Of a DNA stretch of 64,000 nt, positions 36,464-49,000 are shown piece after piece. The stretch is from Tubiluchus corallicola (taxonomy: Eukaryota; Animalia; Priapulida), in contig JAQGDQ010000029.1 of the NCBI GenBank assembly GCA_030141605.1, positions 682,001-746,000 of the forward strand. Direction: 5' to 3'. The position numbers were made by a program, and so were the translations under genes. Numbering within the stretch: position 1 is the first letter of the stretch; each line of letters starts with the position of its first letter. The notes under the pieces were generated by a model. The model saw only the letters and a program-made list of their open reading frames with translations, had not been told where the DNA came from and made no database searches.

Positions 36464-39400
36464 GTGACTGTTTTCTTTTAATTTTTGTGTTGTCAACAGA
36501 TTCTTAGTTTATTTATATCAATCTTAAAAACCAACATTTTAGCTAGTATCCATTAGAAGATATCAATTAACAACACAACACTAAAAATTTTACATTTTTT
36601 GCATTCACATTCTTAACATTGCTACTGATATTAACGCTCTGTGCTTATTTTTTATTCCTTTAAAGGCTTTTTAATCAAAGATGGGACTTTGTCACCAAAT
36701 GTTTAATATTAACATCTTGAAATAATAAAAATTCTGGTTAACAAATTGTGTGATACTGAATAACAAAATTTCTTGACAATTGCGTAATTATTTATTATTG
36801 GTAAATCTGTAAGTCTATTTATGTATGTGCAAGTCTTATCTAGTTCAAGTTTTTTATCTTGGTAAAATGTAAACAGATTTTTGTTTCTCTTTAGATTTAT
36901 AAAGGCTTGGACGTCATTACAAACAAGGTCACTGAAGAAGAGCAAAAACTTTGTCGTCATCACATGATTGATTTTGTCGATCCATTGAGCCGTTATACAG
37001 TTGCCGATTTCCAAAGCAAAACTTTGCCTATAGTATGTACTCTTATGTTGTATTATATTAGTTTGTATTACTCTTAATTTGTATGAGTTTGTTTTAGTTT
37101 GTATTAATTTAGCAAAATTTATCAGGCATTAGTGAAAGCTCCCTAACGATATTTTTCGTATAAGCGTGGTTTAATTGGAATCGTTATTGCAATGAATAAT
37201 ACGTAAATATCCTATATTGTTTTGTTTACTATTCTGCATCGCTTTCAATGATGGTAACAGGATACAGATTATATGCACTTAACAAAAGTGGCTTTGTATC
37301 ATATAGTTCTCTCAGCAAAAACAACTGTAAAGTTGAAACTCAACTGATCTCGTTTGTAGAAGCGATTCGTAATGTCAATTGTAACCCAGTTTTTTCTGTT
37401 TCTTCCAAGACTTGCATCTAACAAACTTACAAATATTTTTTTCATTTATAGATAGATCAGCTATTGCATGAAGAAAAATTACCCGTGATTGTTGGTGGCA
37501 CAAACTACTACATTGAGAGCTTACTATGGAAAGTGCTTGTGAGAGTAAAAGTAAAATTCCTTCCATTTCCTTAATTGTGATTCACACAAATACTGTTTGC
37601 TTATGATTGTAACTGTGCCACACATACTGCAGTTTATTACTCTATATTGGTTTTTAGCAAAATTTTTATTGCTTTTTTCCTGTTTTGATTGCAGTGTGGT
37701 GTTTTGCTGCCTTTAGCTTCAGTTTATTAAATGTGAAGTTTTCTTTATGACATTGGTAAATAAGAAGTTTGAAAGGTATGCAGACATCACACATATATTA
37801 TCCCTGATTATAACGTGTTTAGTTGATGTCACTCAGAACCTGCAAGAATGTTCAGAATACATTTAATTGTTCTAAGTAAGCTAATATGATTATATATTGA
37901 TGCTTCTGCAGTTGAAACTCAGAGGCAGCTCAGAAATTTTCCACCATGTCATCTATTTTTATTGGCAGGTGGTTAGTGACTTCCTCTTTAAAAATTTTGC
38001 AAATTCCAAGAGTTTCACTTTCGTAAATGTTTAAGAGTTCAATTAATAATGATCGTAAAAAGCTGAAATGCTGTTCTTTCATGCTAGCTTTTCATGTTTC
38101 TTTTATATCTTGATTTTTTTGTCAAATTGCGCAATATCTTGATGCTTTTTAATTAACGCATAATAATATCCATTGAAATTATTGCATTTATTTAACAAGC
38201 AACAGTATTGAGGTAGTGTTGCAATAAACTCACTGTCTCACTTAAAAAATTACACAACCTTAACTTTCGTTCATAATTTCATCATGTTCGTGTAAAATTT
38301 CTTTCTGATTTCAGAATTCAACAGGGAAATTACTTTATGATGAAGACAAAGACATGGAGATGAATTCTGTGATACATACTGGTAAACTGTTTGCGTATAC
38401 CACTTTTTTATTTGTCCAGCATATAACTGTCAATGGATTTTTAATGATCATTAAAGTAAGTGATTATTAAATGCCAAATCGGTAAAACTGAGGCTAGTAC
38501 TCAAATAATCTGACATCTAGGAGGGTTTATGTTGATTGCTTTAGCTTGCTGTATCATAAATTCCGCTGTCACAGAAAATTCCTTCATTTGGCTGATCATT
38601 TAAGTCGGCTGTCATTAAGTCTGTATGCCTTCTGTATATAAATATGCAAAAACTTGTATATAGTTGTGTAATATAATTGTTAAGTTTAAAGAAGTAGCTT
38701 ATAAAACAACAGGTGTGTAAAAACCAATCATTCAAAAGGTTTTGCATGACCATTTTTGCAGCAGATATTATCAATCAAGTGACGCTAGATCTTCTTGACC
38801 AGCAGAAGAAAGATGTTGTAAGGGCTTATTCTATAACGCAAGATAAACTGGATGATGTACCAAGTGAGGTTCTGCATAAAAAATTGAGAGAAGTGGATCC
38901 GGCAATGGCAGATCGACTTCATCCACATAACAGACGGAAAATTATCAGGTAAGTCATTGATTTTTTTTGCATGCCAATATCCAGGTGAAAAACTGGAATG
39001 TAAGGTGTTTTTTTCAATGTATTTAGTGTGTCATAATGTTTGATGTAGGGTTTATTACAGCCAACACAAACTTGCAATCTGTGAAACACAGGCTATGTTT
39101 TGCTACATGTAATTTGTATGTGTTTATTTGTGAATGCCTATAGATTCAGTGTTTGCATTTTTACAAGCCTACGGTAATGTATTCCTGAGAAATTTAAAAA
39201 AAATATTCCAAAATTGACAAATTTCTGTTAAGAGAAATTAATTTAATTCTAGCTACACTTGGGACTAGCGTACACATACAAACATTCGTGACTGCTCCCT
39301 AGGTGGTGTCTTTTTGTTAACTCAGCGATTTTACGCGACATATAGAAAAATCCATAATTTGACTTGGCTACTTGGAAACTAATAGTAATTTATTAGATAT

Positions 39401-42400
39401 TTGTGCCATATATAGTTTTAATGTAAGTGAGTACACTATTTTTAAAACTTTGCAACAGGAAAAGCAGCTGTATGTATAGATTTTATGATTTGCGTGATGA
39501 TGTGATCCTCACACAATATTCTGTTAGTAAATGCTATTAGAAATCAAGCCAATGCATCAATATGCCTAAAAACAAACGAATTACAGTCATGCCAGTGATT
39601 GTGTTTTTACATTTTCAGAAGTTTGCAGGTGTTTCAGCAGCAGGGACGTCCACACAGTGAAATTATCACTGAACAGTCTGCTCTTTCTGGTGGCAGTTCA
39701 CTTGGTGGCCCACTCCGCTATCCACATACCTGTATATTATGGCTTCAGTGTGATCAGACAGGTAAGCAGCAGGGTATGTCTTGGTGCCTTTAAGTATAAT
39801 TTAATAAAGTGACCTTGATTGCTAGCCCAATAAGCTAAAGACCATTAAAAGGCCCAACAACCGAATCAAAAAAATTGTTTGATTACCAAGCTCATCTTGG
39901 GTGTCTACTAAGCTTGTTGTTGGTCGATTTATCTGCTTCTTCCTGAATTATCTAAATTTTAGTATGTAAATTAGGAATGGGAAACCTTCTGATAAAAAAA
40001 TCACGGGCATGATTTGGACTTACCAACTTTCTAAACCTGTCGGTATTTTGCCGATGTTTTTTGAGAGTTAACCAATTTTAATTATGTGTCAGCACCCTTG
40101 GAAAGATTTTTTGCGTTTCCTTGTTTCTTGTTTCCTGAATGCAAAACTATTTTTCTGTTCCCAGCTGTGTTTGCTGGCACTAAAAACTTGGAAACCTAGA
40201 AAATTTTCTTAGAACACGTTACTGGTATGTTTTTCAAAGTTATTAAAGATTTCTTTGAAAAAGCTAGTCCACTGTTGAAACGCAATAATAATGTTTTTCA
40301 GTATTAGATAAACGTTTGTGTGACAGAGTTGATAGAATGTTGGAGCGTGGGTTACTCCAAGAATTGTCTGGCTTTCATTCTGCCTACAATAAGCAACGTC
40401 TTGCTGCTAACCTTAAAGCGGACTACACGAAGGGCATCTTTCAAAGTATTGGCTTCAAGGAGTTTCACGATTATTTAGTGTTGTCAGAAGAAGAAAAACT
40501 TTCAGAAAAAGGAAAACAGTTACTTAGCCAAGGTAGGCTATTATGTTTAATACGTTTATGGTAATCAAAACATTAACATTTCAAGAACTTACTTCTCTGT
40601 TTTGTCCTGTTTTCATCACATATTTTATTTGTTTCAACTTTATATAAATGATAATGAAGTGCACTATTAATGTTAATAATATTAATCATATTAACATAAG
40701 AATCAATATTAATTGATTATCTCTAATTATCAAGCACACATCTCTTCATCATTCCACGTGCCCTCATTTCTTGTAAACTGCATTTTACATTCAAACAACT
40801 ATTTCTTTATTTTAATATGTAATCAGTAAAACTCATAAATCAAATTATTAACATAACCTTTCATTGACAGGTACTGAACAGTTAAAGCAAGTCACAAAAA
40901 GATACTCCAGAAAACAAGTAAAGTGGATAAATAACAGATTTCTTCGAAGTGAGTGTTTTTTTTTTCAATTATATCATAGGTGCCCCGTCCCTTTGTCGAG
41001 AATAACAAAAATAAAAAATGCAAAAAACCAATGCTGAAATAGATTCAAGTTGTCCCATATTGTTGTCAAAACATGGACTTGCCATGTAATTTAAGCTGAA
41101 ATAATCAGTTAAAGCAAAATTATTTCATTGTAACTACTAAAGTAACAGTAAGATCTGCAGTAAACCATGATAAAGTAGACACTAAATCGCGTGAATAGAC
41201 AATTAAGATTTAAATATTGTTTGTTGCTCGCATGCTGAGGTAAATTATCATTGCATTTTACAGTTTTTTCGTAGTGACAAATTATTTTCTTCAATTTGTT
41301 GATCGTGCAAGATGCTATTGAAACTATTATAAAGACAATTTGGATACAAATCTACTGGGAGTACTATCCTAGTTTTAGTAACTATTACAGAGACAACTAA
41401 ATTGGTGTTTATTTCTAATACAGTATTCACCACTCATTGTTATCAAACACTACCATTGTTTCATCATTGTGTTGCAATAATCTAACATCTCTTGTTAGAT
41501 TATGTAACATACTTCAAGCTCAAAGTAGTTTATTTATATCAAACTTATGGAAATTTATAGGTAGAGTAGTAAAAGTGATTTTCTGTTCACAAAGTTTTCT
41601 GTACCTATCATGTTGGACGGTCATTTATATAGGACCAGATCGGCAAGTCCCTCCTGTGTTTGGTTTAGACGTAATAGATTTGACAAAATGGGAGGATAAT
41701 GTGTTACAACGAGCTACTGATATTGTACAAGCTTTCTATGAGGTACGAGAAATATACCATATAACAGGGTTTTGAAAGATCTTTTCCAGTAATTGTGAGC
41801 TTAGCTGTCTGAAATATTAGAGTTTAGCAGGTAGCTTTGGTTATTGAAGTATGGTATTATGTGTAGTCACGTATATTACTATTGTGTATCTGATACTTCA
41901 CAGAAAGAAATCTTTTAGACTGCTAAAGGTAACTACATGTCACTGTATGCATCTTTTGCTACTGATATTTAAAGCTGCGTGCTGCGTATTTCTTGTGAAT
42001 GATATATTTCTCTGATATTTGCCAACCTTAGAATAAAGAGGGAATGTTAACACCATTGCCTTTAGCACCACCCGTGGACAATGAGGAAACAACATATCAT
42101 TGTGATGTCTGTGACAAGACGATAGTCGGAAAAATTCACTGGGAAAGTACGTATAATTTGTCTGTTAGTTCGAATGAAGTAAATGTAGAAATTCTTAAGT
42201 TGTTATGACTAAATTTAGTCTTCAAAAAACTTGCAAAGCCAGCTTGTAGTACTACAGTAATGCTCGGTTAAAATTTTGGAAAAACAAAAACAGTGTAATT
42301 TGCGTTGACGTGTATAATTTTTTAACATGAGATAACTGATCCGGCAGCCTCAAACCTCAGGGGTGTCTTAATCGTATTAGTGTAAGTCCTCCCTGTGCAA

Positions 42401-42719
42401 GGTCAAAAGCTACAGACAGCATGGCAAATGAATTCTCTCAAAAATGATTTTTCTTTTGGTCACCTATCTATTTACTCACCAATCCCAGCATTACTATACT
42501 TTGGTTGAGTGCCTAACATGCATCGTGGTCACTCAGTTGTCAAACTGTTTACTGATTTTTTTATTGCTTATGAATCAGCATTTTTAAAATAAGCTACTTT
42601 TTTAAAGATAATATGGAAATGTTTTAGGTCATATAAAATCTAACAAGCATTGCAAGAGAAAAAGATCTATCATGCAGGATAGTGAACAGGTTAATAAAAA
42701 ATGGTCCAGTTGCAGCTAA
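36269..42719 (+). CDS. TRIT1: tRNA dimethylallyltransferase (tRNA isopentenyltransferase, TRIT1/MOD5/MiaA family), 11 coding exons, ~482 aa
   Basis: Motifs [11 protein letters not shown] (P-loop), [68 protein letters not shown] and a C-terminal C2H2 zinc finger; all exon phases are compatible. Confidence 0.96.
36895..37032 (+). CDS. TRIT1: TRIT1 exon 2
   Basis: ctctttAG | [46 protein letters not shown] | GTATGT. Confidence 0.93.
37452..37544 (+). CDS. TRIT1: TRIT1 exon 3 (3' end ambiguous: 37538, 37544 or 37550)
   Basis: [29 protein letters not shown](VR); three in-phase GT donors. Confidence 0.88.
38315..38381 (+). CDS. TRIT1: TRIT1 exon 4 (poorly conserved linker)
   Basis: tttctgatttcAG | [23 protein letters not shown]| GTAAAC; converts phase 0 to phase 1 as required by exon 5. 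Confidence 0.7.
38762..38948 (+). CDS. TRIT1: TRIT1 exon 5
   Basis: CAGCAG acceptor; ...[27 protein letters not shown]|GTAAGT. Confidence 0.9.
39619..39761 (+). CDS. TRIT1: TRIT1 exon 6
   Basis: attttcAG | [15 protein letters not shown]...[21 protein letters not shown]|GTAAGC. Confidence 0.93.
40302..40532 (+). CDS. TRIT1: TRIT1 exon 7
   Basis: [22 protein letters not shown]...[15 protein letters not shown]...LLSQ G|GTAGGC. Confidence 0.94.
40871..40948 (+). CDS. TRIT1: TRIT1 exon 8
   Basis: [27 protein letters not shown]|GTGAGT. Confidence 0.93.
41633..41742 (+). CDS. TRIT1: TRIT1 exon 9
   Basis: [37 protein letters not shown]|GTACGA. Confidence 0.9.
42032..42146 (+). CDS. TRIT1: TRIT1 exon 10 (zinc finger CxxC)
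   Basis: [39 protein letters not shown]|GTACGT. Confidence 0.9.
42628..42719 (+). CDS. TRIT1: TRIT1 exon 11 (zinc finger His ligands, stop)
   Basis: gttttAG | [30 protein letters not shown] (TAA 42717-42719). Confidence 0.88.
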
Positions 42720-45515
42720 CAGTGTTGGGCAGTACACACTCAGCCACAAGGGTAGGCAATTTCTGCTTTTGTGTATAATTAACTGCTATTGTTATTGTTA
42801 CTATGTTCACCGAAACAAAATATGAGTCTCTTCTAAGGAGTTTAACTTAATACAAATGCTATCATTCTTATCAATACCAGGATTTAATATTACTGATTCT
42901 GACCACTGCCAATTTTGCCAAATGACGGAGTAACAAAAAGTCAAGAACATTTTTTAATATTTCTGCTTGCTAATTTGCTATGATGTAAAGCTCAAAGGAC
43001 AAGAAAAGGGGTACTTGAAGTAGGTTTGGGAAAAATCGCCTTAAAAGATTTTATTACTTTATAGCAATTTTATGCATATATTGTAATTGCGTTAAAAGGA
43101 CTTTTTGTTTGTTTTCATTTTAAATCTCCCACAATACTGTTCCAACGGTGCCATTACATGACGCCACGTATTCAAACGTAAATCATAAGACGAAAAGACA
43201 ATGTTAAATTATGTCCCAAAAAACTTTTCCTGTAAATCTATATTACTTAGCTTTTCGCTTACCTGCTAGAAAGGCTTATGTAACTGGAAAAGAAAATTTT
43301 TAATTATTTAAAATGTTTTCATTAATTGGTAAAATATCTCTGACTCACCAGGGTGCACCACTCACTAGCCAAAAACGTATTTTTTGTCTTATTGACAAGA
43401 TATAGTAATTGAAACTTTTACTTAGTTAGCAACATGTATTCTACGAATGCTCTGACTATTTTTTCAAACTTTGCTCAGTGTTATCTAAACTTGTTTCAAA
43501 CGACCTACCATTAAAATGGCTGCGCCTAACGATCATCGCAGGAGTTTAAATTTGCAAGTTTTATACAGCGTTACAGCCTATACAAACCTTGCATACAAAA
43601 AGGCAGTACCTAAGTGGTGTAAAAGTTCAAGACGAATTTTTTCAGCTTTAAGTAGTGGAGGGTTTACTTGTGCTTTAAATTGTTTCCTTACTAACATTCT
43701 TCTGTCTTTTGAAACCTTTGTTTTCTGAAATCATGTGGGATATAACTGGTAATCTGGTTTGCTTGACAGATGAAATTTTAAGAAAGCGTAAATATCTAAA
43801 GTGCAAGCTTTTGTTTATTCACGTTCATTTTTAAGCACTTTTTAGTGTTAAAGCATGTACCTTTGCTACTCATACTTTCCAACCATCTAGCAAGAGAAGC
43901 AACTTTCTACAACAGTAGAGTTTATGAATAATTTGTCTCTCACCTGAGCATTTGTTATGCATAATTTGCTACAACTGTGGCCCTAATATTTTTTGCATTT
44001 AAACAGTATAAGACGTGCCTGAGTATTTATTTTATATATTGTCTTATTGCATATATTATATGGATAAATGCACTACAGAAGACCTAAAAACAACAGTTTA
44101 TAACTCTTACTCTGCAAACAAAATTGCACAAAACAAAATATTATTGTGGGACTGGGTAGGTGAAAGCCTGGCCAATAGCGACTTGATAGGGTCTTGACAA
44201 AAGAGGAAAGGCTCGGCCCTAAAATTTACAAGCAGGTTAAATACTATGATATTGTTGTAGCTTTGCGAAAACTCAACGAAGGTATAAAGCCATGCTTTTA
44301 TGCAATTATGAGGCATAGAATTGTTGAATGTAGACAAATCAGTTTTATCCTCTTTGTCAAGATTCTTATTACACATTTCATATAACCACCATAATACAAC
44401 TTGAACATTAGACTTAATTCATATTGATTTTTCTTTTCAATGATTTAAATGGGCAGTTTAGTGAGAAGCATCACTGTAGAGGCTAATTACTACACAACAG
44501 ACCATTGCAGAGAAATTACTCAGTTGGCAAGACTGTCTTAAAAGTATGGTAATTTGATGTGTAATTCACATATATTCACCCAACGATAAAATGTCGCACA
44601 GTAGTTTTTATTAACTCTAATCATAGTTATTACAATAAAATACATTTACAATATAATGTGCGTTTACAATATCATTTTGGTATCTCATGTACTAATAATT
44701 TTGTGCCTCACCCATCGCACCCATTTTTCCAAGCTATTGTAAATGCACTGCTTGACTTTTGTCGAATCTTCACGCACTTGTTTGCTATTCACTATTGGGT
44801 AACTGCAGATAACGTTCATAGTAGCAACTGATTTGAAACACAATTAAACTAATGGGGAATCGAATGAAGAATTTTACCAATGAGAAAAATTGTTGTTTAC
44901 CATTCAGATACTGCGTCTGCAATAAAAATGATCGATAACATTAACAGATCTTGAAATTAATTTGAACCACAATCAAACTAGTAAGAAACTAACAAGATTG
45001 ATTTTTGATAAATGCATAAACAAGCAAGTACAAAGCCTTCATTAAATTGAATGTAGAACTTGAGATCAATACAAAACAATTAAACAAAAATCGAGTCACT
45101 TGAATTTCTAGCACTTAAACTTCCGAATCCAGTCCTGGGCAATAATCTTAATCAAAATACAGTCCTCGTGCAATTTGAACACCTCACCACATCAGTCACA
45201 GTCCCTTTAATGCGCTATCTTTTTTCTAAAACATTAGTTTGTCATAAAACTCCAAAAATAAATGCATAAAAGTAAAATTGCTAAATAATTTGTGTACATC
45301 GAGTGAATATAACTATGTGTAAATGCTCTTAAATATTGATATAACATTTAAAACTACATCTATAGGCAACCGTAGCTAATGCTAAATGCTTCTAACCAAA
45401 TTAGCACCATACTATTACATGTTTAAGGAAGAACTTCTAAAAATACATGAACTAAACGCTAAATTCTTCTTTTGGCGTAATAATAGTAATTATAAATACA
45501 TAACTAAGGAGAAAT

Positions 45516-46030
45516 TTACTTCTCGGCCTCGCTTTCACTGGAGGAGTAATTGCCATTATGATGCCCATTAACGACGATGCCATTTGCAATGGGCACTCTG
45601 CCATTCTCCGTGTGGCCAGAAAAGTCTGTGTTCTTGTTTCCGATAATCAACTCCTTGCCCTTCTTGATGGATTCGTGCTTCTGTTCCAGCAACATGTGGT
45701 TTAGCGGTGGCAATCCTATGCAAGCACGCAAAACATTCTCAATACATGCCCTCTGTTTGAACAGTGCATTCACCAGAGTAGTCCCAGCTGGGACCAGTGG
45801 AGCCTTGCACAGGAAGCTGAGAATTGACAGAACGCTATTGAAGCCTTGGTATGCATCATTTGCAGCTACTTTGAACTTGATGCGCTGGCACAACTCAGCC
45901 AGTATGGCCAGATCCAGAATTATTGGTGCAGCTAGAAGTGAATCTTCACAGGTGTTGTGCACTACAATGGTGTTATGGCCTCCCATCATGATCTCTGAAG
46001 TATACTCATCCAAAGCACGCTTGCTGTCTC
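45516..46030 (-). CDS. ISYNA1: ISYNA1 terminal coding exon
   Basis: [41 protein letters not shown]...SEAEK*. Confidence 0.96.
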
Positions 46031-49000
46031 CTGCAATACAGTAATCAAACTACTATGCAGTACTCAAACAATTTGCCAGTTCTCTGCAAGAAAAATATTA
46101 TTTTGTACACGTAAAAATACAACATCACTCCCCCACCCCACATGGTCAAAGGGTTACATAAAGCGTTAATTAACTCCAAACACTTCCAGTTGATATAACT
46201 TACCTATTCAAAGCTTAGTATTTCAAAACTATATACTTATGATAATATACATTAATGCTTACATACCCACGTAAGGAACATATTTGATCACAACGCAGTG
46301 ATCTGGTTTCTCATTCGGCTTGTAAAGAATCTTGTTGGAATTAACCATGTCATCAACAACATTGCTCTTCGAGATTTCTTTAGATCTGAACTGCTGCGGA
46401 GCAGACAAGTTTTTGCCTACAACAACAAATCACTTGCACGAATCAGTCAAGTTAAATACATATACGGACAAGGAAGTGTTCTAACATAGCTCACAAACTG
46501 TAAAACTTTTTAATCTACTTTATCCAAAAATTATCTTCAGGGCTTTCAATGGTGCTCTTGCCAATTTGACTCATGATTACTGAATTAGTAACTAACTGAT
46601 AAGCCTTAGCTCCTGCAAGTATTAGTTCTAATACTAGTTTTTGTATGAAGTACAAAATTGCCAACCATCATTATTTCCCAGATGATTGTAGCTCACAATC
46701 GATGTCGGCTTGATACCGGCACTGACCAAAAAATCCACCAGCACAGACTTGAACTTGGTTTGTCCAGATTTGAAGTCATCTCCAGCAATGAAGACATGCT
46801 TTTTCTCTGCCAGTTCAATTACACCAGGAACGAAGGTGTTTTGCGGCGATCCGTTGATGTAACAAACCTGAGAAAACAAGCAAACATTAGATGATAATGA
46901 AGACATCAAACACTGAACATTTAAACTATGTGTTAGCACCTACTGGTTTTGTATCAACATGTAACAGTGGCAAAACATTAGTAACTTAGTCTATTTGTGC
47001 ACAAACATCATAAGAGAATGCTAGCATTTTAACACTTATTTTATAACCATGTTTCTTTGTTCTGTCCAATAATTAAAGAGATTTTTACAGCAGCCATGAC
47101 TTCATGCAGCTAATTGGGACCCCGGAAAGCAACACATTTATTTATTTAAAGCTTGCATTACGTTTTTGCACACAGTTTCCTCTCTCCTCTTTAATTTTAT
47201 ATCAAACTTATATACATGTACAACAGTGAAAATCAGCGTAGGTGACTTGACAACACAATAGACAATAGTGCCAACCCACTCTGCTATTGTTATCTAATAA
47301 CAGTAACATCAGCTTCCTTTAAGATCTACTAGTTCTTGCACATGGTCAGCCCTCATTTCCACAGCATGATCTACTAGCAAGCTGAAACTACATAAGCAAA
47401 AAGTATGAAGAGCAATCTTAAAATACTTGTTGATTACTATGCATTACTATGATTACTGAAAACATTTGCCAAAAAATGTTATTTAAGAACATAAAAGGTG
47501 CTTACTAATTTGAACAACACTTAATATTCTCAATAATTAGAAAAATAATTTCTAATTGTATGTTAATTATATCATTAATCATAATTTTCTTAGTTTTTTC
47601 GTGCTCTTTCATGTACAGGGCATACAACTGTTAGCATCAAGTGCCTGGTAGTTCCTGTAAACGTTCCATAATTGTCAAAAAATAAGTGCCATGTATTTGA
47701 ATTTGAATTCAATTTTGAATTTAAACCTTTATTACTGAATTTCTTCCATATACGAAACAGGAGTTAAAAATGTAAAGAGAACATAAAGACGTATTTGGTA
47801 CATAAAAATAATTGTCCAAGTATATGTCTATTTCAGACCTACCCCTTCAAGAATGCTAGCCACAGCAAACAGTGTGGAGGGAGACACCTCTGCCTTGTCG
47901 TTCTCAATAGCCTTCAGTAAATTATCTGCAGTATCGTTCAATCCAGGCTCAATGGCGCAGTAACGCTCAGTGTTAGCAGTCCACAGCACTATGACCTTGT
48001 CAACTTTCTTAGAAGCTTTGAAATCACGGATGTCAGAGCGAATCTAAAATAGACAACTTTTATAAGTCTCTAAAAATAATTCTGTAATTTTGTATGACTA
48101 TTAAATAAAATTCTATTTTTACTCCGAATTCAAGGTTTGTAATCTGTGTAATTAAATGTAATTTTAGGATGCTTAAAACTGTTTTTAGAAAACCTTTTTA
48201 AGGTTTTTGCCCTTTTAATTTGAAATTAATATACTAACAGATGGAAGAGAAATCAGTAAAAACATAGCTAATATATACAAATGCCGATCCAAGCTAGTCG
48301 ATTCTCAACTGAAATTTAAAATTTATTAACAGCACAATCTAAAAAGACAAGTAAGTGCTATTTCTTTATAATATCAGGAACAGGCTCTATAATTTTTCCT
48401 GAAGAATTGAACACAATATCAGGATGGTTCCTGAAACTCAGGTTGGGCAAATTTTCCTGAAAATTCTCACGTGACAGCAGGAATACTCAGGGATACTTTT
48501 TCCCTGAAATATTGCACGTAATACAGGAACATTCCCCATACACTATCCTGAAAACAATCAGCTACAAAAAATTAACATTGTTGTCACTCTTAAGTGATTC
48601 CGTAAGAGTGAGATGTCAGGGATTAGCTGAAAAAAATAAGTCAAACCTTGTAAGCATGTTGACTGTAAACCAAGGTAGATGAATGGCTGTTATCATCACA
48701 AGTCAAAACTAAAGAAATTTTTTTGGTTACTCAACTGGCTTTTTTTTCCCGCAAATTTCACCTATGTTCAAAACTCTAATTTTGTTGCACAAGCACATGC
48801 AAATTTTTAAGCTCGTTATTGTATCAAAAAGCATGTTTTTAAATGTGAAATGACTTTGCAAAAGTTTGACTGTACCAAATGTTTCATTCAATTTACAAGC
48901 ACATGGAAATGGTATCCATGGAAATGGTATCACTTTTGTTATCTTATCTTATTGCCAAGTGTTACCACTTCCTTTGCATTTCTCAGATTAACTTTTACGG

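Noticed and set aside
45577-46894. Plus-strand ORFs of 155, 63 and 78 aa
   Set aside because: Antisense shadows of ISYNA1 exons
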